DNA from: a virus
IMG/VR virus record: IMGVR_UViG_3300045988_173323
Reading direction: 5' to 3' (one strand)
DNA: 60,087 nt
Shown here: positions 23,507 through 35,100 of the stretch, piece by piece
Layout of the letters: every line of letters begins with the position of its first letter
Position numbering within the stretch: position 1 is the first letter of the stretch
The notes under the pieces: model-generated
What the model was told of the DNA's origin: nothing
Databases searched by the model: none
What the model saw: only the letters and a program-made list of their open reading frames with translations
Position numbers and translations under genes: made by a program

Positions 23507-26500
23507 ATGGCGGCTACAAATCGTATTGATTTTACAGTTGGCTTTAATACAGATCAAAGCGGTTTATCAAGTATTAAGAAGGCATTAGAAGAAATTCAAA
23601 AAATGACTTCTGGTGATTTGATGAGCTTAAATAAAGGAATGGATTTAAGTGAAGCCAATAGCAGATTATCTCAAATAAAAGAATCTGCTAGCCAAGTTCA
23701 AAAAGCGTTAGAAAAAGCTTTTAACGCGGATTTAGGAACATTAAATGTATCTAAATTTAACAATGAATTAAAAAATTTAGATATAAATAAAATTTACAAT
23801 GATTTTAATAGTGCGGGTTCGGCAGGACAAACCGCTTTTAAAAATATGACAACTCAGATTTTAACTACTAATATGCAGTTAAAACAAACTCATAGCTTCT
23901 TAGAGAATATGGCTACAACTCTATCCAATACTATTAAATGGAATATTGCATCTGGAGCCATGAATGCATTAACTAATAACGTTCAACAAGCAGTTAATTA
24001 TGTTGAAAAATTAGATACTTCATTAAATAATATTAGAATTGTAACTGGCAAATCTGCGGAAGAAATGCGTGATTTCGCGGAATCTGCGAGTCAAACCGCT
24101 CAAGAGCTATCCGCGAGTACAAGAGATATAACTGAAGGAGCTTTAATTTATTATCAACAGGGTGATACAGATGAAGATGCTCTTGCTAAAGCTGAGATTA
24201 CTCAGAAAACCGCGAATGTATCTCAGATTAGCTCAGAACAGGCTGCGGAATATTTAACTGCGGTTTGGAATGGTTATAAAGTAGCTAATGAAGCTGCGGC
24301 TGAAGGAATGGACGTTTATGAAAAATATGTAGACAAGTTAGCGGCTGTAGCAGCTACAACTGCGTCAGACTTAGCTGAATCTTCTATGGCTATTTCTAAA
24401 GTAGCTTCCGCAGCAAGTTCTATGGGCGTTGATTTTGACCAATTAAATGCTCAGATTGCGACTATTATTTCTGTTACCCGCCAAGCACCAGAATCAGTAG
24501 GTACAGCCCTAAAGACAATTTATGCTCGTATGGGTGATCTAGCTGTTGATGGTGTTGATGAATTTGGAGTTTCTCTTGGTGAAGTTTCTGGAAAGATGAA
24601 AACAATGGGCATTGACATCTTAGATGAGAATGGTCATCTAAAAGAGATGGGAAATGTTATTGAAGAAGTAGCAGGTAAGTGGAGTACTTGGACAGACGAA
24701 CAAAGACAAGCGGCAGCAGTTGCAATCGCAGGTAAGAGACAGTATAATAACTTAATTGCTTTATTTGATAACTGGGATATGTATACTGATGCTTTAGATA
24801 CTTCTAAAAATGCATTGGGAACTCTTGAAGAACAACAGGACATCTATTCTGAAAGAACAGAAGCTCATATCCAAAGAATGAGAACTACTTTCGAGGATTT
24901 ATATGATTCTTTATTAAAGCCAGAAGCCATTAATAAAGTTGTCGACGGAATTACTTTTGTTGTAGATAAAATTGCAACATTAGTTGACAATATCGGCGGT
25001 GGCAAGACTGTTCTTGCTGAGCTAGGATCTTTAGGTGTAAGAGTATTTAGTAAACAAATCGCTGGTGGTATTTCTACAACTATAGCTAATTTTAAAAATG
25101 TAAAATCTAATGCTGAACAACTTAATGCTCAATTAGAGATTTTACAACAGTATAAAGGATTATCTGCGTTAGATGAAGATACTAAAGAATTAGTAAATAT
25201 GAAGCAAGAGATTGTGGATTTAGGATCTGTTGCTACTACTGAACAACAGAACATTGCTAACGGTTTTATTGAACAAATAAATGCTTTGCAAAATCAAAAG
25301 AAACAGTTAGAAGAGAATGAGGAAGCTGCAAAAAATCTTTATAAGGCTTTAACTAATGAAGAATTAGACTTAGATAGCCTTAGAGGAAAGGGCGAAGAAG
25401 CAGAAAAAACAGATACATATAAAGAAGTTCAGAAGCAAGTAGCTGAGACTCAGAAGCAGTATAAAAGTTTGAATAAAGAAGCTTCTAATTATGCTGGGGC
25501 TTTGACTTTAGCTACTTTTAATCAAAGACAAGCTTCTAAAGATAGTTCAAAGCAAGAAGAGGCAATTAAATCTTATGAAGCTTTAACTATCGCTGTAAAA
25601 AAATATAATGATGAAGTAAAAAAAATAGTTTCTTCAAGTCCAGAAGTCGCAAGTGCTTATGAAAATTTTAATAAGAAATTAAAAGAGTATAGTGAACTCA
25701 CAGGAAATGCTGAAAAATCGGTAGGAGAATTAATTGCGACTTACCCAGAATTAAGCAAAGCTTTCAAAGAGGTAACAGAAGTAAGTAAAGATTATGCTAG
25801 CCAAGCGGCAAGTGATGCACAGAAGGTCATGAAAACTGCACAAGATGTCGCTGCAGGGATAGGGGAAAAAGTAAAAGAAAAATTAGATGAGTCTCGCTCT
25901 GCATGGAAAAGCTTTATAGATGATGTAAGAAATACTGCGGTTATTCAATCAGCCCTAGACATTGCGGGTTCTATTGGAGAAATAGGTTCTTCTATAGTTA
26001 GTTTAAAAGGAATATGGGATGTTTTTTCAGATGATTCTTTATCTATAACAGAAAAATTAGGACAATCATTTACTGTTTTGCTTTCTACTTTACCACTTCT
26101 CATAGATGGGATTCAAGGACTTCGAGCAGGTCTTATAACTTTGGCTCAAAATGCAATTCCAGCTTTAGCTGGCTCTTCTTTGACTGCGTGGGAAGCGATT
26201 GGAGCATTATTTTCAGCCTCTTGGATTGGTTGGGCTGCGGCGGCAGTAGGTGCGATTGCACTAGTAGTATTCGCTATAGATCATTTTACGGTAAGTGCAA
26301 AAGAGGCAAAAGAAGCTTTAGAGAGTCAATTTGAAGAGTATGAAAAAGCTCAACAGGAAGTAGATGAATTAAATTCTAAGTTAGAAACAACACAAGAAAG
26401 ATTAAAAGAATTATATCAAATTTCTCCAGATGAGCTTACTCTTGCACAAAAAGAGGAACTAAAAACCTTAGAAGCCCAAAATGCGGCGTTGACAACACAG

Positions 26501-29500
26501 CTTGAGCTAAGAAAGAAAGTTGCAAAAGCTGAGGAAAAGAAAACAGTAGAAGCCGCAGAACAAGCCGCAAAAAAAGACGCATATGGTAAAGAACTTGAGA
26601 CAGCATCGGTAGACGCGTCAGTAGATAGGAGCCAATTAGCAGAAGTATCTGGAATAAATATTGGAAATGGAAGGAAAGTTCAAGATATACTTCTTGATGA
26701 TTCTGTTGCTAAGTTTCAACTAGGCGATGAGAAAGCTTATGAGGAATATAAAGCTCAAGCAGAATATTCTATTTCCGAAATTAGAGATCTATTAGCGAAA
26801 GAGAATACTGGAATTAATTATGACCAGAGAGAAGCTTTAAAGGCTTATGTAAGTAATTTAGAATTCACTCTGTCTTCAGTAAATAAAAAATGGGAAAATT
26901 CTTCTGGTGAAGTTTCTAAAAGTTTAACAGACGCGTATAATAACGCTTTAAAACAGATTCCTCTGTTAGAAGAAGCTGGTTCAAAATATGTTGACTACTA
27001 TTATAATATTGTTGAACAATATTATAGAAAAACAGATACATTAGGTTTTGCTACTAAGCAAGCTTTCGGTGAAGCTTTAAGTGAAAATAAAGAAGCTTTT
27101 GATAAAATGAAAGCAGAGATAGAAAAAGAAGGCGGAATTGATGTATTATTAGCGGATGATGGTAAAAAGCTACGAAATGTTATAGGTAGTAATGCTTTTG
27201 AATCTTTAAAAGAATACTCTACTCAAACAGGACTTTCTTTAGAAATTTTATTAAAGAGTCTTGATGAGATTGATGCTAAATATGATGATATTAAAGATGG
27301 GGCATCTATTGCGGCTAATACAGAGAAAAAAGAAATTGAAGAATTAACAAAAAAACAAGAACAGTATCAAGAGGAATTAGATAAAAAATCTGTAATTAGT
27401 GAAATTTCTACTCAATTAGCTAGCGAAGGTAGCTTAGATAAATTAAGTAAAAGTAAAGAAGGAAAGGCTACTTTAGAGACTTTTAATCAGATGCTAGAGG
27501 AAACCGCAGGCATTTATAATAAAAATGTAAGTGCGGCTCAAGAGTTTGAAGAAGCTGCTGCTAGAGGCGTTCTTGGACAAATAGAATATTTAGAAGATTT
27601 AAGAGAAGCAGATTCTAATTATTATACTGAAGTTATCGAGTTAGAAAAACAAAAATTAGAAGCGGAATTAGATTCTAATAAAAAAATATTAGAAGGATAT
27701 GCACATAGAAAAACTGAATTAACTATGCATATCAATCAGCTAGAGGATATAAGAGAGAAAGAAGGTTCTCTTAGTAAAGAACAACTAGATGAACTTAGTA
27801 ATGCTCAAGTTGAATTGGAAGCAGTTACAGAAAAATATAATGAATATCAAAACGCTGTTTCAGATACAAAGAAAGAAATAGAGGATACCGATTGGGAATT
27901 AAAAATTGATTTAGCTGGTGCGGAAGAAATTTTAAGTATCGGTGATTCTATTTTAAGTGAATCTGATAAGATTAGAGAAGCGGCAATGATGATTGGTGAA
28001 GGATATGTTGTTGCGTCTGAGGATGCTAAACAGTTAGCAGAAGTTTTTCCAGAAATTATGGAAAATGCGGAAGTGTTAGCAGATGGACAAATTCAATTAA
28101 ATCAAGGTGTAGTTGAAGAAACTTTAACTGGACAGCAATCTATTCTTCATGGAGATGTAACAACCGCTTTATCTAGAATAGATAGTCAGGTTAAAATTTT
28201 AACTGCACAAAAAGAAGCGGCTGAGGCAGAGTTAGAATTATGGCAATCTGTATATCAAGGAAAAGTAGATATGGACTCTCAGGCTTTGGAAGCTATGGCG
28301 GGAGGACAGAAATCTTTTACTGAGTATTTGGTTGATTTAGGTGTTAAAGAATCTGATGCAGATAAAGCAGTTAAAGAAGCTATGGCGGGAAACTACGATG
28401 AGTTAGCTCGAATAGCAAAAGATGCTTCTATCAATATGGATCAAAACCTTAGTCAGGGTATTCAAGATGCAGCCAATAACTCAAAGACTAATTTAGGTGC
28501 TGTCGTTACTAACTTTATGGCTGTTATGAGAGCTGCTCAAGAAGCGGGAAAAGCTGCATCCGCGTCTATGAATGGAAAGGTAGCAGGAGAATACATTTCT
28601 CCAGATAGTCTCTCTGGCGGAGGTTGGTCACAGAATTTTACCGGAAAAACTCTGGACGCAAAGTTTAAAGGTGCTGAAAACAATATAACCACAACAACAA
28701 AAGAGTTTGCGGCAGATAAAATTAATGAAGCTAAAATAAGAATAAATAAGTATACAAAAGCAATATCTGAAATGGAGGCTTTAGCGTCAAGACTTCGTGA
28801 GAATGAAGCTAATTCTAATTTAGCTCTTGAAAGTGCAAAAGCAGGGACTGGTGGTTCAACGCCTTTTGAGAAAGATAAGAGCAGTAAAGGCGGAAAAGGT
28901 AGCGGAGGAAAAGGTGGTTCTTCATCAGATGCACAAGCTGACAAAATAGATTTATTGCAAGATGAATCTGAAGTATATCACGACATAGATCTTGAAATTA
29001 AAAATATCACAAGAGATTTAGATGCTTTACAGAAAAAACAAGAAAAGCTTACAGGTAAAGAATTAATTAAAAATCTTCAAGAGCAGTTAGACTTATTGGA
29101 AAAACAAAAGAAAGCTTATGGTGAAAAGATAGAAGTAGCCGAAATTCAGTCAGGAGCATATAAATCTGCATTAAAACAAGAAGGGGTTACTTTTGATGCA
29201 GATGGAAATATAACCAATTATTTTAATATTATGAAAACCAAGCTGGATAATGTCAATAAAATGATTACTAAATATAATGGCATGTCCAAAGCAGAGCAAA
29301 AGAAATATAAGCAAACGGTTGAAGATGCTAAAAAGGATTATGAGAATTTTAAAAAGATTCTTAGCAAATATGAAGACTTAAAAGCAGATGAAAAAGAAAT
29401 AAAAAAGCAACAGCAAGAGGCAGAAGATAAGGCTACAGAAGTAAGGATTAAGAAGTTTACCTTAAAAGTTGACTTAGCTCTTGATACGGCTCAAGCAGAG

Positions 29501-32038
29501 AGAGATTTTAATGCTTTTAAAAAGAAAGTTATTGATGGTATAAAAGATGACGATTTTTCGGGTCAAGTTAATGCTTTACTATCTAATTTTAGTTCATATG
29601 TAAAGCCAGATGGTACAGGTGAGATTCAAGCTTTAACAGATCAGCTTAATAAAACTAAGAGTGAAATTGAAATTATGAAAGCTGGTGGAAAATCAACTAT
29701 TTATGGAGATAATCTTGCTAAAGCTTATGAAGACTTAGAGAAATATGAAAAAAATGCGGAGACCGCGTTAGAAAACTATGCACAAATATCAAAGGATATT
29801 GAAGAGACTTACCTAAGTGCAATAGATAAAGCTCAAGAAAAACTAGATGAGCAATCAGAGCAATATGAATTTATATCTGATTTGATTGACCATGATAAAG
29901 ATGTAATTGGTTTAATCTATGGCGATAAAGCTTATTCTCAATTAGCTAAATATTATGAGATGCAAAGAAAAAATAATAATGACAATTTAGACTTTGCAAG
30001 AAAACAAGTAGAATTCTGGAAACAGAGAATGGATAACGAAGAAAAAGATTCCAAAGCTTGGAAAGAATATAAAGCTAATTATGAAAAAGCGGTTACTGAT
30101 TTAAACTCAAAAGTTAAGAGTTCTATTGAAGAAGTTATTGAAGAATATAAAAATACTATAAATAAAATCTTTGAAGACATTAACAAGAGATTAACTAACG
30201 GAAGCGGATTAGATTATGTTAAAGATCAATGGGATTTAATTAACAAAAATGCAGATATGTATTTGGATAGTATTAATTCTTCTTTTGAAATTCAAAAACT
30301 TCAAAATAAGTATTTAGATTCTATTGATAATACAAGTAGCTTATCTGCTCAAAAGAAATTAAATAACTTGATGAATGAGCAGATTGAAATGCTTAAAGCT
30401 AAAGAAAAGTTAACTCAATATGATGTAGATCGTGCTAATGCGTTATATGAAATAGCCTTAAAAGAAATTGCTTTACAAGATGCTCAAAAAAATAAGTCAA
30501 AAATGAGATTGAGACGTGATTCTCAAGGAAATTATAGTTATCAATATGTTTCTGATGAAGATAGTATAGCTCAAGCACAGCAAGAGCTATTAGAAGCTCA
30601 AAATTCTCTCTATAATTTGGATAAAGACAAGTATAAGAGTAATTTAGATGAAATCTATAGCACTTATTCTGAGTTCCAACAGAAATTATTAGAACTGTAT
30701 TCAGATACCACTCTTGCAGATGAAGAAAGAGAAGAAAAGAAAAAGTTATTAGCAGAACAATATGGCGAAATAATAAATAACTTAGTTGAACAAAATGAGC
30801 AAGTTAAGCAGAATCTCCAGGATACAACTTTCCAAGAATTGGCTAAAAAATATAATACCGATGTAGCTAACTTCCAAGGAATGTCAGATGAGGAAAAGAG
30901 AATCTTAATGGAGAGTATGATTCCGCAATGGAATTCAGGCGTTCAGCAAATGGCTGATAAATTTGCGGGAGAAGGCGGTTTTATTCCAACTTGTGAAAAT
31001 GCCTTTAAACAGCTAGATGAAGCTTTACTTACTTATAGAAATAACTTGAGTGAGACAAGCGAGCGTTCAGGGGTAGATTTTAACAAGATTGCTGAAGGAT
31101 ATGATATGAATATCCAAAAAGCTAAAGAACTTCTTGAGGAAAATGATAAGTTACTTGAAAAATACAAGGCTCAATTAGAAGCTGTTCAAGATGTACTTCA
31201 AGAAGTGAAACAGCTAGAAGAAGCTTATAGAGGTGTTGCGGCAGCTGCTATTTCTGCGGTTACAGAAGCTAATAAATTAAAGCAACAGAAGGATAAGGAA
31301 GCGAGAGAAGAAGCAGATAAAGATGCTGCTGGAAATGGCAAAAGCGGAGATAATAAAAAGAATAACAAAAGTAATAAAGGTGGAGGAAAGAATACAATCG
31401 TTGATGTCAAAGCGGATCCTTCTGATACTCCAGCAAGTGCAGTTGACATGGACGAAGGTAGTAAGAAATTTAAAGTTGGAGATAAGGTTAAATTACTAAA
31501 AGGAAAAAGATATTATTATACGTCTGAAGGAGCTGAACCTTCAGGAAATAGAGGAGCTGGACAGAATAAACCTGGTACGATTACTCAGATTGAAAAGGGA
31601 GCTAAAAAGCCTATTCATGTTCAGAGTAACGATGGTCCGTTTGGATGGCTTACAAAAGATGATATCAAGAAATTTGATACTGGTGGATATACTGGAGCAT
31701 GGAGTGGAAATGAAGGAAAAGTTGGTATTCTTCATCAGAAAGAGTTAGTCTTAAATAAAGAAGATACTAAAAATTTCTTATCTGCTATGAATGTTGTTAG
31801 AAGTTTAGATAGTGTTTTAGATACAATTAATGCATCTATGATGAATAGATTAGTTGGATTGTTAACTAAGACTACTACTTCTTTGAGCGGAATTTCCGCG
31901 TCTCAGGATTTAACTGTTGACCAGAAAGTTCAAATAGAAGCTTCTTTCCCAAATGTTCAAAACTCTGGAGAAATTGAAGAGGCATTTAAAAATTTAGTAA
32001 ATTATGCAAGTCAACATGCATATGACACTAAACGTTAG
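23507..32038 (+). CDS. tail tape measure protein (2843 aa)
   Basis: Extensive coiled coil. A central hydrophobic block reads LLSTLPLLIDGIQGL...AIALVVFAI. Near the C-terminus there is a Gly/Lys/Asn-rich linker, an about 70-aa SH3-like module (KVGDKVKLLKGKRYYY...GPFGWLTKDDI), then a typical TMP terminal block (GGYTGAWSGNEGKVGILHQKELVL). Confidence 0.85.
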   Translation: MAATNRIDFTVGFNTDQSGLSSIKKALEEIQKMTSGDLMSLNKGMDLSEANSRLSQIKESASQVQKALEKAFNADLGTLNVSKFNNELKNLDINKIYNDFNSAGSAGQTAFKNMTTQILTTNMQLKQTHSFLENMATTLSNTIKWNIASGAMNALTNNVQQAVNYVEKLDTSLNNIRIVTGKSAEEMRDFAESASQTAQELSASTRDITEGALIYYQQGDTDEDALAKAEITQKTANVSQISSEQAAEYLTAVWNGYKVANEAAAEGMDVYEKYVDKLAAVAATTASDLAESSMAISKVASAASSMGVDFDQLNAQIATIISVTRQAPESVGTALKTIYARMGDLAVDGVDEFGVSLGEVSGKMKTMGIDILDENGHLKEMGNVIEEVAGKWSTWTDEQRQAAAVAIAGKRQYNNLIALFDNWDMYTDALDTSKNALGTLEEQQDIYSERTEAHIQRMRTTFEDLYDSLLKPEAINKVVDGITFVVDKIATLVDNIGGGKTVLAELGSLGVRVFSKQIAGGISTTIANFKNVKSNAEQLNAQLEILQQYKGLSALDEDTKELVNMKQEIVDLGSVATTEQQNIANGFIEQINALQNQKKQLEENEEAAKNLYKALTNEELDLDSLRGKGEEAEKTDTYKEVQKQVAETQKQYKSLNKEASNYAGALTLATFNQRQASKDSSKQEEAIKSYEALTIAVKKYNDEVKKIVSSSPEVASAYENFNKKLKEYSELTGNAEKSVGELIATYPELSKAFKEVTEVSKDYASQAASDAQKVMKTAQDVAAGIGEKVKEKLDESRSAWKSFIDDVRNTAVIQSALDIAGSIGEIGSSIVSLKGIWDVFSDDSLSITEKLGQSFTVLLSTLPLLIDGIQGLRAGLITLAQNAIPALAGSSLTAWEAIGALFSASWIGWAAAAVGAIALVVFAIDHFTVSAKEAKEALESQFEEYEKAQQEVDELNSKLETTQERLKELYQISPDELTLAQKEELKTLEAQNAALTTQLELRKKVAKAEEKKTVEAAEQAAKKDAYGKELETASVDASVDRSQLAEVSGINIGNGRKVQDILLDDSVAKFQLGDEKAYEEYKAQAEYSISEIRDLLAKENTGINYDQREALKAYVSNLEFTLSSVNKKWENSSGEVSKSLTDAYNNALKQIPLLEEAGSKYVDYYYNIVEQYYRKTDTLGFATKQAFGEALSENKEAFDKMKAEIEKEGGIDVLLADDGKKLRNVIGSNAFESLKEYSTQTGLSLEILLKSLDEIDAKYDDIKDGASIAANTEKKEIEELTKKQEQYQEELDKKSVISEISTQLASEGSLDKLSKSKEGKATLETFNQMLEETAGIYNKNVSAAQEFEEAAARGVLGQIEYLEDLREADSNYYTEVIELEKQKLEAELDSNKKILEGYAHRKTELTMHINQLEDIREKEGSLSKEQLDELSNAQVELEAVTEKYNEYQNAVSDTKKEIEDTDWELKIDLAGAEEILSIGDSILSESDKIREAAMMIGEGYVVASEDAKQLAEVFPEIMENAEVLADGQIQLNQGVVEETLTGQQSILHGDVTTALSRIDSQVKILTAQKEAAEAELELWQSVYQGKVDMDSQALEAMAGGQKSFTEYLVDLGVKESDADKAVKEAMAGNYDELARIAKDASINMDQNLSQGIQDAANNSKTNLGAVVTNFMAVMRAAQEAGKAASASMNGKVAGEYISPDSLSGGGWSQNFTGKTLDAKFKGAENNITTTTKEFAADKINEAKIRINKYTKAISEMEALASRLRENEANSNLALESAKAGTGGSTPFEKDKSSKGGKGSGGKGGSSSDAQADKIDLLQDESEVYHDIDLEIKNITRDLDALQKKQEKLTGKELIKNLQEQLDLLEKQKKAYGEKIEVAEIQSGAYKSALKQEGVTFDADGNITNYFNIMKTKLDNVNKMITKYNGMSKAEQKKYKQTVEDAKKDYENFKKILSKYEDLKADEKEIKKQQQEAEDKATEVRIKKFTLKVDLALDTAQAERDFNAFKKKVIDGIKDDDFSGQVNALLSNFSSYVKPDGTGEIQALTDQLNKTKSEIEIMKAGGKSTIYGDNLAKAYEDLEKYEKNAETALENYAQISKDIEETYLSAIDKAQEKLDEQSEQYEFISDLIDHDKDVIGLIYGDKAYSQLAKYYEMQRKNNNDNLDFARKQVEFWKQRMDNEEKDSKAWKEYKANYEKAVTDLNSKVKSSIEEVIEEYKNTINKIFEDINKRLTNGSGLDYVKDQWDLINKNADMYLDSINSSFEIQKLQNKYLDSIDNTSSLSAQKKLNNLMNEQIEMLKAKEKLTQYDVDRANALYEIALKEIALQDAQKNKSKMRLRRDSQGNYSYQYVSDEDSIAQAQQELLEAQNSLYNLDKDKYKSNLDEIYSTYSEFQQKLLELYSDTTLADEEREEKKKLLAEQYGEIINNLVEQNEQVKQNLQDTTFQELAKKYNTDVANFQGMSDEEKRILMESMIPQWNSGVQQMADKFAGEGGFIPTCENAFKQLDEALLTYRNNLSETSERSGVDFNKIAEGYDMNIQKAKELLEENDKLLEKYKAQLEAVQDVLQEVKQLEEAYRGVAAAAISAVTEANKLKQQKDKEAREEADKDAAGNGKSGDNKKNNKSNKGGGKNTIVDVKADPSDTPASAVDMDEGSKKFKVGDKVKLLKGKRYYYTSEGAEPSGNRGAGQNKPGTITQIEKGAKKPIHVQSNDGPFGWLTKDDIKKFDTGGYTGAWSGNEGKVGILHQKELVLNKEDTKNFLSAMNVVRSLDSVLDTINASMMNRLVGLLTKTTTSLSGISASQDLTVDQKVQIEASFPNVQNSGEIEEAFKNLVNYASQHAYDTKR

Positions 32039-32040
32039 AT

Positions 32041-32071
32041 AAGAGAGGTTTATACCTCTCTTATTTTTTTT
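32041..32071 (+). terminator. rho-independent terminator after the tape measure gene
   Basis: Stem AAGAGAGGT/ACCTCTCTT with a TTAT loop, followed by T9. Confidence 0.6.
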
Positions 32072-32132
32072 GGACATTTTTATTTAAAAATCTTTAATAA
32101 AAAATTATATTTTATATAAAGAGAGAAAAGGA

Positions 32133-35100
32133 GTGTATAAGTTGAGTAATAACATAGAAAGCAATATTTGCAAAGCTATTGATATTATTGTAAAGAAAGC
32201 GGTAAATCAAGCTAGCTATGATAAAACAATTCAAGCAACAATTCTTTCATGTGTAGATGCTACTATTGGTAAATACAAAGTAAAGTATCAAGATAGCACT
32301 TTTTATGCGTACTCAGGAAACTCTGATACCACTTATACAGATGGTTCTAATGTCTATATACTAATTCCTGGTAACGATATGAAAAAAGATAAGACTATTT
32401 TAGGTACAACGAAAAAACTAGGTATTAACTATATAGCTACTTCAGAAGGAGAAGAGAGTTATGAACCTATTGGAAATAACTGTATTTCTTCATCTATTAC
32501 TTTTGGATTAAGTTCATATTCAAAAGTTGGACAAGAGAAAATCTTATATAGCAGAGATTTTCCAAATAAGAATTTAATAAAAGTAGACAGTGCATCTGCG
32601 GAAGAGTATATAAAACAATCTGCAAATTTAATTTGTAGCATGAAAGTAAGAACATCTTTACCGCCAGAGCAACAAAGTAGGGGTAATTATGGTATTATTT
32701 TTGCATTAGATTTTTTAGATAATGCTACTAATAAAACTATAACAAGAAATTATGTTATAGATGTGGATAAAATGACAGGTAACCCTTATAAACTAGTTTA
32801 TTCAACTAAACAATATGGTATTTTTGATATAGATGGAATAAATTTCAAATCTATAAAAGAAATTAAATTATTCTGTTATAATTTCCCGAATAGCAAGGAA
32901 AATTATATTGATGATATTTTTATAGAAGATTTGCAATTTTATGGAGTTGCAAAACTTAGCGAGGAGGATATTAATGGTTGTAGTTTAAGTATCATAACTC
33001 CGCAAGGTAATTTTTTCAATAAAAATGCGAATAAAAATGATTATAAAAAGTTACAGGCTCAAGTTAGAGTCAAAGGAAAAGTTATAGATAATAATTCTCA
33101 AAAACTTCCTTTCTATTGGTTTGTAGAAGATATTAATATTACATCGAAAAGTTTAGGTTATCATAAGTATGGCGGTCAGGGCTGGAGATGTTTAAATAAG
33201 TATAATATTATTCAAGACGCGAATGAAGAAAATGGAGAAGCCGCAATAGTAGAATATGTAGCTCTTGATTCTGAGTACAAGGTCTATTTTGAAGATGTAA
33301 TTGCGAAAGAGACTAAATATAAATGCGTTGTTATTTATGATGAGAGTGCTTTAGAAAAACAGATTGTGATTAAAAATTATAATTCTAATTATCAATTTTC
33401 ATTAGTATCTGATTTAGGAGAGCAGTTTTATTATGATGTTGGTTATCCTACTTTAACTTGTTTAATGAATGGAGAACAAATAAAAGATACGGGTAATTAT
33501 GAATTCTCTTGGATTACTGTTGATAGCATAGGCGGTTTTAGTAATCTTGAAGAGACGACCGCGGAAAATGAAGAATATAATAAGGCAGTTAAGAATAAAA
33601 AAAATTTAGAAAAAGCTATTAGTGATGGTACAAAGTATTACGAAGTTGTAAAGGATGAATTAGACAGATATAATGCTGTTATAGAGAAATATAATACAAT
33701 AACAAGAGTAGAAAAAGATAAGATTATTCATATAGATGTACGCTCTATTACACGAAATAAAACTTATAAATGTGCGGTATATTATATTAGAAATGGAAAT
33801 AAAACCTTCTTAGGTTCAGCATCAATCACTTTAACTAACTCCTTAGGCACAGAAGGTTCATATACTTTAGTTATTAACAATGGTATACAAACTTTTAAAT
33901 ATAATGAAAATGGAATTAGCCCAGCTTCTAAGTCATTGGAAAAGCCTATCATTTTACAAGCTTTAACTTTTACTATTTATAATAATTTAGGTCAGCCTAT
34001 TGATGATGAAGTGGCTAAGCACTGTAAAATTAAATGGATTGTTCCTTCTAAAAATACTATGTTAAAGATTTCATCAGATTATAATAATGTTAAAAAAGAT
34101 GAAGATTTAATCAATAATACAACAACATATAATAATATTACAACTTTGACATATGGTATTGAAGATAAGTATTCTGTTAATAAAGTTAGAAATAATATTC
34201 AATTAGCAGTAGAATATAAAGAGATGAATTTAATTGCGGAAACTAACTTTACTTTTGTTAAAGAAGGAGAGTCTGGAACAAATGGGACTGACATTGTATG
34301 TAAAATAGTTCCAAATGTTGAAGATGGAAAACCTATTCCAGTATATCCAATTCTTACTAAAAGTGGTGCTACTTATAGTTTTAATTTTGAGAAGAAAAAA
34401 AATGCAGAATCAAATTTTAAAATTGAAATATGGAAAGATGGAGAAATAGTTTTTAGCGGAAGTACTACGTCAGGTAATACGACAGTAGTTTGGAGCGTAT
34501 TAAAAAATAAATATGGACTTGATTATGGGAATTCTAGCGGTACAGATTATTCTTTTATACAAATTAATGCTCAAAATGGAAATGTTACTGAAGCGGTTAC
34601 TGGAAAAGAGCCAAAAGAGCCTTTGGCTTGGGGTCGCCTAGGAGTTGCTAATATTATAAAAGCTACAGTAAAATATGATGGAGTAACTTATTATGTTACT
34701 ATGCCAATCATAGTTGCGGAAATTTATGATTACAACTATAAAGTTAATTTAAAGGATTATACTGGTTTTAGGTATGTTATTTATAATGCGGATGGAAGGA
34801 AACCTAAATATGATAATGCTACTCCTTTTACTTTAGAAGTTAAGAAACGTATGCAAGAAGCTAATGGCTATGTGGATATTAGCACCAATTCAAAAACTAA
34901 TTATACATGGGATAGAAAAGGAAGCATTTTAGAATATCACCAGAGTTCTGGAACTAATGATTCAACTTGTTGGGAAGAAAAATCTTCTCTACATTTAATA
35001 GATATTAGTCCAGAAAACATTTCAATAAATCAGCATAGTTATAAACCTATTGATAATTATGATGGACAATGTGTAAATAATGGTATAGTGTGTACCATAA

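Noticed and set aside
22890-23507. Programmed -1 frameshift extension of the tail assembly chaperone (G/GT-like)
   Set aside because: No overlapping open frame extends beyond the chaperone stop in any frame, and the 83-nt gap before the tape measure gene has stops in all frames. No slippery heptamer could be pinned down.
8141-31735. Short antisense ORFs inside the structural genes (e.g. 8141-8386, 12731-12934, 14151-14405, 17075-17368, 19895-20164, 21362-21565, 22387-22617, 24634-24843, 28537-28944, 31225-31449, 31541-31735)
   Set aside because: They are fully contained in long, well-supported sense ORFs. They are Pro/Leu/Ser-rich, the mirror of the sense coiled-coil codons, and have no RBS or promoter.
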